Assembly (NCBI GenBank): GCA_905178155.1
Contig: CAJINV010000003.1
Location: forward strand, 8,929,292-8,993,291
Length of the DNA: 64,000 nucleotides
Reading direction: 5' to 3'
Source of the DNA: Amoebophrya sp. A120
Taxonomy: Eukaryota; Protista; Dinoflagellata
Positions 38,317 through 50,200 of this stretch are shown here, piece by piece. Under the pieces are notes generated by a model. The model was not told the origin of the DNA. It did not search any database and saw nothing but the letters and a program-made list of their open reading frames with translations. Position 1 is the first letter of the stretch. Every line of letters begins with the position of its first letter. A program made the position numbers and the translations under genes.

Positions 38317-39690
38317 TTATCCAAAATAGAAAAATTTTGCATTACGGCTCATGTAATCGATGTCGATGTCCACGCCGAAATGTGTGAGGAGACAGAGGAC
38401 CCCGACCGTGACATTTGCAGCACCGGCCAGGAAGAAGAAGCAGAGCCAACACTGTGTGGCCATTAACAATCCCACGAATACGTAGAAGAGTCCACGGCCC
38501 CAGAGAAGCGTCAGGAATTTGGCCTCCACATGCAAAAGCTCCTGAGCCACCAGGATCTTGGGCGCCACGTACTCGAGAAGGGGCGTTTCGCTCAACCGCT
38601 CCTCGTCTGCTTCCACAATGAGCGCAACCAAGCCGAAGGTCAGCACATAGATGTTCATCACAAATGTGAATGGGGACTCAATCGCCGAAAAGAGATTGAT
38701 TACACCCAGCACGCCGATCACAAGAGTAAAACCTGCCGTGTAGGTGCCGCAAAAATTTTCAATTTTGAGTTGTGATGATTCCACTTCCAACTCTACTAAT
38801 AAAGCTACGTGAAGATACACTCTATTACTAACTAGTCGCTAGCCTTCTTGTTCTTTCTACTTTGCCTCCGAATTGAAAAAGTTCAAATTCCAAATAAGTA
38901 CTTACTGGCATGCAGTAAATCTGCTTTGGAACCAGTACAGAGCCCGCATCTACTACAGAACGTCGCAAACGACCACGAATTATGTTAGTAGAATCACAAT
39001 CTGTGAATATCAGGAATACAGCCTGAAAGGAAGCACAGCATTTGAATGCCGGCCGGTCCTGCTTGCACGTATTTTTTGAAAGCCTCCAACCCCTTGACTG
39101 CGCTGCCTCGCAGCGCCTGCATCGCTTTCCCGGCGGCGTTTTTCGCTTGCTCCTTCAAGAAGTCTTTTACTCGTGGATCTTGCAAGAGGTTCTGCGCGTT
39201 GTCTTTCGCTATTTTCTGCATCTCGGGATCCTTCATGACAGCTTCCTGCAGCTTTTTGTTGTTCTGGAGCGCACCTGGATGTAGTGATTTGAATTATATT
39301 TTTTTTTATTCAACGCTGCAACGTCACACGCAGCTACTAGCATTTACAAAGTGCATTGCGGCATTACTCTTTCACTTGTCAAAGCCTTCTACTGGCCGTG
39401 GCAGCTGAGTGTGGATGCCAGCAGCGAAAGATTTAGAAGCCCTTTGTTGATGTTGCCTTTGGTCTATCGTAAAATACAACGATAGAAGTAGTCGGTCTCA
39501 TGGTGGTGTTTCCCTGATTGATGTTACTATGGCGAAAAGGAAAAGGTAACTGAGGATGATCAACGTCGGTACTTTGAGGGTCCTTGAGCAGGTCGGCTTG
39601 GAGCTGTGGATCTGATAGGATCAGGCTGACAACCCCGCTATCCTTAGCCTCCAACAGAGCGCTTTTTGTTGTTCCTCCAAGCCCCAGCAT
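38317..39690 (-). CDS. COPI-associated (Tvp15-like) multi-pass membrane protein
   Basis: Motif FLTLLWGRGLFYVFVG preceded by NIYVLTFGLVALIVE and several TM segments; upstream exons with KDP repeats join via a GT-AG intron (KDPQSALQNNKKLQEAVMKDPEM). Confidence 0.8.
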
Positions 39691-40834
39691 TTGGTTGTTG
39701 TTGTTCTATGGGGTTACGAAGATCTTTTCTGTTAACTCAAAGTTAAGGAATAATTTTCTTAACTTTCCGGATTGATATGCGAAAACCGAATTTCTCGGGT
39801 GATTGTAGTGGAGCGAAAAAAAAGAAGAAACGGCTCCAAAAATGCACGGCTTGCTCAGCAAGGTTGTACGGAGCCGCCCCATATCTTCAGCGCGGAAACA
39901 TGGCTACGCGACGTGGGTTTGTTGGTTTACAACGCCAGCCCAAGGGCCCAAAGTGGTGATCCATGTTGCCGTGGCGCCGATCGGGGCCGCGGTAGAAGCG
40001 CGTGCCCGCGTCGCACCCGGCCACGAATGCAAACGGGCGCGCCGCCAGTTTACATCCCCGGGCGGAACGCGTCCGCGTGCGGCGCATCTGTGCGCGCACA
40101 TAAAAACAAGCGCCCCCGTATGAGCCACCACGGCAGGCTGCGCAATTCGGTGGCAGCCCCGGCGAAGTAAGTGGCCCCGCGCTCGGTCGTCGGTGTGCAC
40201 TCAGTTGCGCGCGCGCCGGGCATTAGACAAGCAAAAAGGCCCATACCTACCTGCGCGCCGGCGCAAAGGGCGGGGCGACCGATCCGGCGCTCCAGAGCAA
40301 ACAAAAGAGCAGGGGGGCCAGCGCTCTGGCAGGTCCCTCTGCCGCCCGCCTGGCAAAGGGCGGCGCCCCCACGCCTCCGTCGCCTGCGGGGCGCGGCCGA
40401 TGGGGCTCAACAGTATCAATATTGGGCCCAAGCCCGGGCGCCGGGCCCCTTCCGCCGGCTTTTTGGGCCCTTCTGAACGAAGGCCGCCCGCGACTTTTCT
40501 GCCGGATGGGCCAGGCAACCACTTTGATGGAGGACTGCCGCGCCGGCGCACCAACCGCCACGCAGCCTGCCGCCCACGATATCTACCGCCAGCGCAACGC
40601 ATGCTTACACAAAGAAAGAGCGGCCCCGGGAGGGGGCCTGGGATTGCCCGGGCGAACGTCGTGCCCATGTTATGTTGGGGCGCCGGCCCACGCCAGAGCC
40701 CTCGCTGCCGCTGCCCCGCCCGCCTCCGTTGCTTGCGCGCGCCGGCCAACTCTATTTTTGAATCGATAGCCTTCCCTCGCTATCCTTAGCCTCCAACAGA
40801 GCGCTTTTTGTTGTTCCTCCAAGCCCCAGCATTT
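39636..40834. repeat. 57-bp perfect direct repeat (39636-39692 and 40778-40834) containing the start codon, flanking a GC-rich insertion
   Basis: cgctatccttagcctccaacagagcgctttttgttgttcctccaagccccagcattt occurs twice; it encodes MLGLGGTTKSALLEAKDS on the minus strand. Confidence 0.95.
39777..40768. mobile_element. GC-rich ~1-kb insertion with a GATA-type end
   Basis: Sharp GC rise, repeated gcgcgccgg motifs, right end tatttttgaatcgata. Left end approximate; no matching TSD found. Confidence 0.55.
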
Positions 40835-41737
40835 TGTTGTTCCTTTCACTTTCTGTCACAATTAACGATGACCGACCTCGTCCGACGCTTACTTCTACGG
40901 AAAACCTGTATGTTGTCTCCGCTTCGAGAGCCCTCTCGTCACAGCGAGCACACGTTTCAGAACCAACTACACTCGAGCAACTTGCTCCTGATTTCTGCTC
41001 TTGTGGCTCATCAAAGTTCTTGAATAAACTGATATTAACCACACTTAGACCACTTATCTGTATTTTTCTTTTCGCTAGGCATAGGTCGTCGACGCCTCTG
41101 TCATACAAGTGCAAATGTTGAAGAACTAAAGCTAGTACAATCAAGAGACTCTCACGGCAAAAAAGCTTGCGACTTCAGGTAGATTACACGCGCACACTTC
41201 TGGAGCGGGTTGCTTCGCTGGACACGCCCCCCAGCCAGCCGCTTTAATATTCCACCACCAGAAGTTCTGAGCGCGATCTTGCCTGCCCCTCCACCTTATC
41301 ATGCTGTGTGTGCGATGTGTTATCAGAACGACGCAGCAGGCCAGACACAACTACTTAGAACAGTATGGCGCCGCCATCGTCCATGGTTTCCATCAATGAC
41401 CTGGGGCGTCCGACAGGAAAATCGTCAGAAGAATGCGTTGCGTCTGATAGCCCGCTGCACGGTTGTGGGGCGGATTGAGGTTTGCAAGACTCTACATTAT
41501 GTAGCTGCTGCATATCGATTCGCTATATTCTTGTGCGATTTTCACATTTTTCATTTGAGCAAGATAAAGACACAGTCGGCCTCTGGTTTCGTCATAAATC
41601 CTACAGTTCCGACGCAACTTCGGCCGAATCAACAAGTTGTTGTAGAAGATCTTCACCTGGAGCAGATTTTGAATCGTACAACAAAGTCTGGCGTCGATAA
41701 TTGCGCTCTGCTTCTTTTCTTACGATTTCGCATCGCG

Positions 41738-44700
41738 TCAGGAAGGGGCACCTTCTTGTCCTCCGGACAGGTCGCCGTCCTCTACTCCGGCTTTTCCTTC
41801 ATCGTCCTCAGCAGGGTTCTTGTCAGCATCCTCGTCGTCTCGATTCTCGTGATCTTCTTCCGGCGGGGGAGGGGGTGGAGGAAGTGGGTGGATCCGACAC
41901 AGCACCGTTTCACCGGCAACGAGTTGGACTCCCTGCGCGACCGGCTTCTTCATTTTGCTTGTGTCGCTCTCGTCGTCCGGAGATTTGGGATTCTCCGCGT
42001 CCCCTGCATTATCATTTTCAACTCCACCGTCAACAGCTACATCCCCGGCCGCCCCGTCGGTTGTTGGAAGAACAATCTGGAGAATACCTCCGGCTGGCGC
42101 TTTCACTTCGACGGTCGCGCCCGCCTCTGGCCGTGTGCCGGCACTGTCGTCCTCGTCGTCTCCAGCTGGATCATCGCCTTTTTCTTGCTCCTTGTTTTCG
42201 TTCGCATCGTCGTCGCCGCCTGCTTTTTTGGCACTATCTCCTGCATCAGCATCGTTCTTGTCGTCATCTGCCGATTCGGTCTGCTGTTTCACGGCTTGCT
42301 TTACGACGGTGACAATCGCAATCACTTCGTCCTCCGCAACTTCGTCGTCGTTTCTCCTCTGAAATTCCACCGTGGCCTCCTCTGCGGAAATGCTCGCAAG
42401 CAGGTCGGCGGACTCAGCTGGCGGTGGTGGAATGATTTTGCAGAGCTCCGTGCTCGTAGTCACATCCATCTCCGTATCCACAGTAAACTTCTCTTTCACG
42501 TTCACGACCCATTTTCATCGACCTTTTGATGCATGACTACAGATTGAATGGGGATGAGGATTTTGCTGTGGATACTCCGAGTCGGCGTCAACGAGCAGCT
42601 TTCCCATGGTTCCCGTTATTGGCGCTGTTACGTCCGTATGCATCGCAAAAGTATCTGGGCTTGGAAATAACGTGTGATTCGTGTAGGGGAGTCACGCAAA
42701 GAAAATCTGTGTTGCATCTTCAGTGACTTGCAAAAGATACCCAGCATTTCTGCACATGATCAGGGGGGATCGCTCATGCACAATGGGCATTGCGTCGATT
42801 GCAAAGGGACTGCAGAGCCTGTCATGCTGAGCCCTGCGCCCGCCTGCCTCGAGCTTGGTATTATCAGATTAAAAACTGCATGAACAAAAATGATCTCGCG
42901 ACCTTCCTCCAGAGGACCAAGACAATCAATATTTGCATTTGATAGTCCGTCCGGATTTCTTCGCCCTCGTCGTCGTCTTGGTTGTCCACCTCTTCTGGCG
43001 GTTTGTCCTCCTCCGGTGTAGCGGGCTTGGCTTCATTGCCGTCCGCTGCTTCCTCGGGATTTTGCTCTGGTGGTGGGGGGTTGGGCTTCTTTGGTTTCTG
43101 CACCATCTGCGCGATGACATCACCTTTTTCGACTGCTTCGCCTGGCTGTTTCAGGAAAACCAGGCGGACACCCGAACCCTCCACGGGGGAATACACAACC
43201 ACCTGAAGTAGGTATGTAAGTAGCTGCAACTAACACATAATGGCGATAGGAGCAATCAGTGTCTTCTGCTGGATATTCAGAATATGAATCTTCAATACTT
43301 GCATCGCTTTGAATACTTCAATAATTTGAGCACGATCAGGATCACCGAAGCTTCGGCGGAGCGGTACCAGAGTTGTTTATCTTTGAATCTCACTAACAGT
43401 GAATGACTGTGACGTCGAACGATGAAGACGAGGAAAGCCAAAATCAATTAACGTCGTCAGAGTGTCGCGCAGTGATGTCTTGCACGGAAAATGATAGATA
43501 CAGCTCCCCTATCGCCGCCAAAAATTGCGTCGAAATCGAAACCAAACACGTAGAGAATCATGGCGATTCGTATGCCCGCATAGGCGAGGCCGAGCAGAAT
43601 GAAGAGACCGATAGCCGCGAAGCCCCATGGCTTCTCTTCTTCCTTTTCTGCGTCGGTTTTAGCCACGTTTTCTTCTTCGACGGACCAACCCTTGCCGCCC
43701 GTGTCTCGCACGACAACCGGCCCTTTGGGTTTTTGCATGGAGCCAGCTGCTTTCCCAACACAAACTGCGGGGTCTGCGACGTTGGGGGCAGCGTACTCAA
43801 TAACGGTCTCCACGATATCGAAATCTGAGCCGCCGACCTAGGATTTAAGTGTGCATGTACTCAATATCTGTGCGAGTGCGGTTCAGCCTTTGTATGATTG
43901 AACGTTGAAGATGAAATAATCCTTTGGAAAAGCAAATCGAAACATGTAGTAGCACTGCGATAAAACATTTTTAACCACTCGATGATTATGTCCCACTATA
44001 TTTACCTTACAACCGTCCTTACTTCCGCATACAAGATTGTGCAGGTTACAGAAGTTTGTTCCCTGGTCCTCCTTAGATTCGGTCTGTGTCTCACTGCATC
44101 CAAACGCAACGCAATCTTTTCCAGACTTTTCCATGTAGAATCGTCCCAAGTCGATGAGCTTCTTGTCGGAGCCTGGTGTTGACCCAAGAAAACAAAATCG
44201 ATCCAACAGAGTCTTTTGGTCTTCAGGTTCAGATTGAGGAGAGGACATCTTCATCAGCAGTGATAGACCTCTCATCGAAAAATACGAATTACAAATGACA
44301 ACACACACGACACAGACACTGATGTACCACCCGTTCCCGTGCGCTGAAATTTGACGGTTGCTTTCTCGATCTCCTCTGTTATTTCTGCAAACGAAGAAGA
44401 CGAAGCCGCTGTATCCTCTTTGTTCTCGGCACCGACTTTATTTTCCGCGGCTTTTCCTTCTTCCGCCTCCTCTTCCCCCTCTGCGGCGCCTCCACCTTTG
44501 GCCGAATAAAGGCTGTACGTTCCACCATCACCGTGCGGATCCTTCCAGTCGTTCTTTCCTTCCACGCGGGCAGTTATTTCGGATATAACTGTCTAGTGTC
44601 CAGTGCAAAAAATCGCACTCATAGTAATTGCAGGCATGACGTATGACAGATCAACAAGATCATCTAGAAGTCTCACTCTCTCCCTCGTCATGTCTGAATC

Positions 44701-46561
44701 CGCATGACATCGAGACCCAAAACCAGGTCGTCGTCGTCCCTTGAAGATGAAGGCTTTTTTCATTATCTTTTCTGGCCTACTCAGTACAGCACTACACTAC
44801 TTTTTAGTTTGATTTTCTACTAGTGCTAGTAAAGCGCTTGCACCAGCACGTTCGAAGGCCTTAGTACGTAAGCCCGACGACCACGACACATTTTATTTTC
44901 AGTGTTCTTCGAAAATAAACATTGTCGCACTTCATGAAGTTTGTACTAGTGCGATGCTCTTGCGTTGCATATCTCGCACTCCTGGTCTTTGATGACCACC
45001 TGAAGCGTAGACATGGCCCTGTTTGTATCAAGTGCAAAAATGTCTGGGTCTGGAAGAGTGCCAGGTTTGTCATGCATATTTGCATGACCCATAATGCCTG
45101 TAATGCATGCCCTAGCATGATCACAGATCTTTCGAGGGCTTTCTGGGGCGAATTCCGCATAAGAAATGCCCTCTCCGCGTAGCAGAATTTACAATCCTTT
45201 TGCTGCTCATGCAGCACAAATTTTTCAGACATCCAAATGCAGCGAACAAGTTGCATTCTTCCAGACCCAGACATTTTTGCAATTCATAGTTTGGCTTGGC
45301 TGGAGACCCGGGACAGAAAGCTTTCGAAGACCACCCAACAGCGTTGTGGTCCGGCTCGCCAGCCGCCCGCTTCTGCAGGACACTGGAGGCAACAAGTTTG
45401 GTATCCGCGTCTCTTCTATGCTGGTAGGCACCTCCGCCTGGTGGAGTCCGGCGTTCAAGTGGAGTAGAAGTTTCCAAGGCAGCAGTTGCGATTTCGCTTC
45501 TCGTTTCGGAAGCTGCAACACCACTCCCGCGACCCAAGATTTCGATATTGGCTCCGCTTCTAGTCGAGCGTTGGAGGTCTACGTGCACTTCTTCACTCGT
45601 CCATCTAGAAGGTCGCACTGCAGCTGGACGTCGCGATGATAACGCTGCAAACGGCAATGGGGAATCCGGGTCAGACGTGGTCGCGGAGGCAAAGGCGAAC
45701 GACCCGTGGCTCTCGTCCTGTCCCGGTGCATCCCCCCCAAGCCGTGGGTTATTTATTCCCAGCGGCGCCAGCGCGATCTTCATCCTTTCTCGTTCCTGAC
45801 CCGCCTGCTGCTCTGCAGTGTGCGAGGTCATAGCTGCGCCGGCGACAGGATGAAACAAACTGCCGTCAGCGCCGAATCCAGTTTCAGTTGGCGTTCCGTC
45901 ATCTTGTCGATCTTCCTGTCGCGCAGTCTTCGACGAGGACGACGCTAGTACTGGGCTCGCAAAAATAAAAAGTCCAACCAGCATGGGGCTCGAGCTCGCG
46001 TGAAGTCCAGGCCTAGCTTGCAAGAATAAAGCGCCTGCAGCTAGTACTGTGCGACACTTAAAGAACCCTAGCAGGTTCATATCCTGAGTGAAAACGTACC
46101 CACCCCAAGGTTAACGTCATCATCAAAGTGCAAACACAAACTCTAAGAAGAGAATTTATTACGAACAATCTCGGGCTCGGGAAGATAAGCATTCATCTTC
46201 GTGTACATGATACGATCGGCCCTCACACAATCGGGTTTCGTTTGCGTGCCCACGATTTAGGGAAAAGAAAAACTGAAGCACTTCGTTTTACCAATTTTTA
46301 GCACTCACGCACGATGGTGTCGAAAAGTTCCGAATAAAAAATAGAATTCAAAACAAAAATAGCAGATGAGCATGTTGACGAGTTTACATTTACAATATCT
46401 CGCGTAGGGGTGCGCATGGGACACATTCAAATTCAATTCGAATTCATTTTGGGCAAGCCTTGCGTGACAACTCGTCTGGTGAAGTGGGTGCGTTTTTCCG
46501 CGAGATAGCACAGGAACGTATGCAGGACGAGGACCCGGCTAGTTTTCTTTTCTCGCCGCAT
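41738..46561 (-). CDS. Multi-exon single-pass membrane protein: hydrophobic N-terminus, Cys-rich ectodomain, TM, two degenerate biotinyl/lipoyl-like domains
   Basis: MRREKKTSRVLVLHTFL joins in frame across 46080-46507; TM WGFAAIGLFILLGLAYAGIRIAMILYVF; VFLKQPGEAVEKGDVIAQM...TDVTAPITGTMGKLLVDADSEMDVTTSTELCKI and VEFQRRNDDEVAEDEVIAIV...ATVEVKAPAGGILQI...VAQGVQLVAGETVLCRI. Confidence 0.7.
42475..42574. mobile_element. TIR introner (family D), 100 bp, TSD CTCCG
   Basis: Perfect tatccacag/ctgtggata; ctccg at 42470-42474 and 42575-42579; join DADSEMDV. Confidence 0.92.
42637..42944. mobile_element. TIR introner (family B-like), 308 bp, TSD GTCCG
   Basis: tatgcatcgcaaaa / tttgcatttgata; gtccg at 42632-42636 and 42945-42949; join EIRTDVTAP. 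Confidence 0.88.
43378..43500. mobile_element. Aged TIR intron with decayed TSD
   Basis: tatctttgaatctc / gaaaatgatagata; removal of element plus 5 nt keeps frame (DRG..LVPLRRSFG). Confidence 0.6.
45026..45288. mobile_element. TIR introner (family B), 263 bp, TSD GTTTG
   Basis: Same TIR as 513-774 (tgcaaaaatgtctgggtctggaaga / tcttccagacccagacatttttgca); gtttg at 45021-45025 and 45289-45293; join AKPNRAMSTLQ. Confidence 0.95.
46080..46507. mobile_element. TIR introner (family E), TSD GTTCA/GCACA
   Basis: 24-bp TIR tatcctgagtgaaaacgtacccac / gtgggtgcgtttttccgcgagata; in-frame join to an upstream ATG at 46561. Confidence 0.8.
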
Positions 46562-47292
46562 TCCAACAAGCACCGGTGCCTCCTCTGGGGTCATCATATT
46601 ATTGGCGCATCAATATCTCCTCCGGTGGTACACAGGCTCGCTTCGTTGCATGCAGCCGCTCGCTGGACCCCAAGAATCTGTCTTTCCCTCGTGCGGCGAC
46701 CCGAGTTGCAAACACGAACCAGTGCAGCTGTGCAGGACCAAAATGCTGGAAAGAGCAGCGGCAATGCAGCATCGCTGTCTTCCTCTTCTAAACGAACAAA
46801 TACCATGTTTCTGTTTGGTACTCGACCTCGTCTCAAGTTAAGCATGCCGTCAATTTCCTTCCTCTCGGAGTTTTAGCACTACACTCGTCTCTTGAGATTC
46901 AGCCTCCTGAAGCCCTCATTTGCTCTGTCTTCGTCTTTCCTTTGAAAAATGGGTGATAGAATCAAAATACATACCGTCGAGCTGCAACACACTCAGACCC
47001 ACACGGTCACGGTAGTCTCCAGTCAGCATCACTTTCTTGAACAACGAAAGCTTGCGGCCTGGCAATAGTTGGTGATACGACGATTTTTGCAACTTCATTT
47101 CTTCGTCGCTGTCAGTTTGGGAGGTTTCATCTATGTCTGCACAGCGCCTGCAGCTTCACTAATAACGACAGTCTCAGATTGATGATCCAGTTGCAATTCC
47201 AATGTGCCAGCAGTTTGTCGTCCACCCCTTTGGATTTGATGTATCACTTCTATCATTATCATATCCAGAAATTAATAATCAAAATCAAGGGG

Positions 47293-50200
47293 CTAAGTCG
47301 CGCTCATGTCCGCACGAATGCAGCCTTTTCCAAACCATGTGTGCGTCTGCCGCCCGATTTCCGCTGCGGTCGCACCAAATCCAGAAGCAGAAAGGACAAG
47401 TGCCTCCGTGAAAAACCCTAGGGCATACCACTGCGCCCACACCTCTGCCATACCCACCGCCAGCAGAGCGAGCGAGCTTCGGTCCAAATGTACGACTGCG
47501 TTGCTGAATCTTTGCCGTGTCACGGGGTCGTGAAAGCTTGGGCCGATCAGTTTGCCACTTTCGTACCAGTCAGCGAGTTCCGGCCAGTCTTCTGTCTCTG
47601 CGTCCGCAGCCAGAAAGAAACGCGTAGTCCGCGGGTCCAAGCGCAGATCGCTCTCGACCTGCGATGCGCAAGCCAGAAATTCCGCAAGTTCTTCGCGTTG
47701 GTGGCGCTGCGGGTCGCGCCACCGGTCCGAAGACGCATTGCCCGCGCGAAAATGTATCCCGATCAAGCTGTGCACCTGATGCTGGTAGTAATCAACACGC
47801 TCGGCGCTGTGAGACGAAGAAGATGAAGATGCTGAAACTGTTTTTGTTATGTTGCTGGTAAAAATGCCTTTCTCCGTGCTGTTGTTGTTCGGCAACTCGG
47901 AAGCTGATACCGCACCAGACTTCTCTAGAGATACTTCAACATTGTCAGCTCTGGGCAGTTTGAGCTGTGCGACGCCAGGACTCAGATGTTGATTTTCGGG
48001 GCTGGTGCTACTTCTAGATTTCGTGTAAATTGGGCCGTCTCGGACGTAGTTGAACCAGATGGCGATGCGGTTTGAGAGCAAATTTGTTGGCTGGAATAGA
48101 ACCTCAAAGAGATGTGCGTGCAGGAAGGGAGTGCTGAGCAGAATCTCGCGCACTTTCGACGGCAGGTTTTTTCGGGCCAAGTCCGACTGCAGACAGGGCA
48201 TGGTAATGCGCTGGTTGCTGTGCAGAACCCAGTGCTTCTCGGGGGAGTCGCGAACGTCCGCAATGGCTTCCTCGAGTTTGTCATTACGATTGGCGTGCAG
48301 GCCGGGAAGGCCGACCGACCCACGGAGGCGCCAGTCCACTAGACCCGTTGGCTCTAATAGGAGACCAATCGGCAGCGGACGGGGCGAATCGATGTAGAAC
48401 GCGCGGTTCGTCACGAGTGCGAGCATAAAGAGGCCCAATATCCCGTGAAGACGATCACCATGTCCTCCACAGAACCCGATGGAGGCACACCGATACACGA
48501 GAACTCGTTCACTTTTCTGGTTTTGCTTGATGAATTGCAGCAGGACATTGTCCTTTTCCAATGCGCCCGATTCTCCTCGCGTGTCGTCGCCCCTGCTCTC
48601 CACCTGCTGCCAATGCCGCAAGTTGTAGTGTCGCCACGTGGTTGATGATTGGAGCGATGGGTAGTCAGCTTGACCCTGCTGAGGATGATGGTGAGACGAC
48701 AAAACCCCCTCCTGTTCCTGCAGCCCTGATATTTTGTTGATCTCTTGCATCCGCAGGTCGGACCTCTTGTTTTCTTCTACAAGAACTCCCATTTGCCCTG
48801 AACTGCTGACGCTGCGTGTAACTGTGATCTCGCGGGCCGGTGGTCGCATAGCCAGGACCTCTGTCATCGCGGCACTGGAGAAGGAATCGCAAGAGTGTGT
48901 CGTGGGCATCTCCAAAGGTGTAAGTGAGGATTTTTTATCTGCGGACCGATTGCGCGATACCTCTTCAACAAGCACCTGCCGAAAATCCTGAATAGTCGCA
49001 TCGATTTCCGCTCTTCGCTGAGGATGTTCCTTCGGTAGGTCTACACTTTCGAGTCCGAGTTCTGGCACACGATATACAGTTTGAAACTGGTCTGGCTCCG
49101 CAAACCGCGACATAAGCTCACAGGGCGTGTAAAGGAAGAACCGCCGCCACAATAAGACACACCCTCGAAAGTGCTGACATGTCGGCCATAGCGCCGCGAG
49201 GTTGCTGCTCCTTGACACCACAATCAGTTGCATATTCCTATTCGGAGGAAGCTGTTTTTCGGCGACTCTTCCCGACGAGTCTGAAGCGTCTCTGTCCGTT
49301 ATCACAGGAAAAAGTGTAGACGTAGACGGTTTTAAGAAAATGCAACAAAAAAATTTTGTGAGCACCCTAGAGGATATTACGAATGCCATAAAAACACGTG
49401 CTCACATGGCTAGCTATTGCGGGACTCCTTTGTAGCTTAATTCATTTGCGCTAGCTAGTGCAAAAGGTCTGGGCGCCGTCCTGCCGATCCATCAAGTGCC
49501 GCTCGAGAAGACCTGTCTGGACAACCAATGTTCCTGGCCCGGGGTTGTAACGCCCCAGAAACAGGCCGGCTGGGTGGAGTCTGCAACTTTCCGGCTGAGA
49601 GTCAGGCGATTCTCCGGCGGGAACGTCAGCAGGGTTTCCCTGCGAGAGGGCTGGGCCGCCGCAAATAAGGCGCTAACCCAGTTGGCGGAGGCGAAGCTGA
49701 TTGACAGTGAAGCGATGCGCCTGCTCACGGCTCGCGAAACCCTCGCAGAAGCCCTGGCGAACTGTGTTGATTGTCTCTAGGGAATTCGTCTGCTGTTCAA
49801 ATTTTGCGACTTATCTGCTCACCATTTTGAACAAAAAAACCGGAGTTCGGAAATTCGCGGGAGATTGGAAATTTTGCCTGCCTCCAAGGCCAAATTTCCA
49901 AGGTACCTCAAAAACCGTCTACATCGACTCGAGACTGCATGGCATGGTCCATGTAGACGGTCAAAAAGTGGCCCTGACCAACTAAAAACCCCAGAAAAAC
50001 CGTCTACGTCGCGTCTAGACTGAGTGCTATGGTCGATTCAGGGGCTCCAAAAGGGTCGCCAGTCCCGGGACCCCGTTTTGGAAGGGCCGAATCGACCATA
50101 GCAGGCAGTCTGGAGGCGATGTAGACGGTTTTTTGCAGACGTGGCTTTTTTGAGCTCAAAATGGTGCCAGATGAGCACTTTTTTCTGCCGGTCTCGGGGA

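Noticed and set aside
39772-40789. Cluster of overlapping R/P/A/G-rich ORFs on both strands
   Set aside because: Expected from very high GC content; no transposase or other motif.
41210-42529. 439-aa plus-strand ORF and many other plus-strand ORFs
   Set aside because: Antisense shadows of acidic or low-complexity minus-strand exons; no domain motifs.
46594-47170. Two short minus-strand ORFs between genes
   Set aside because: No recognisable homology or convincing exon joins.
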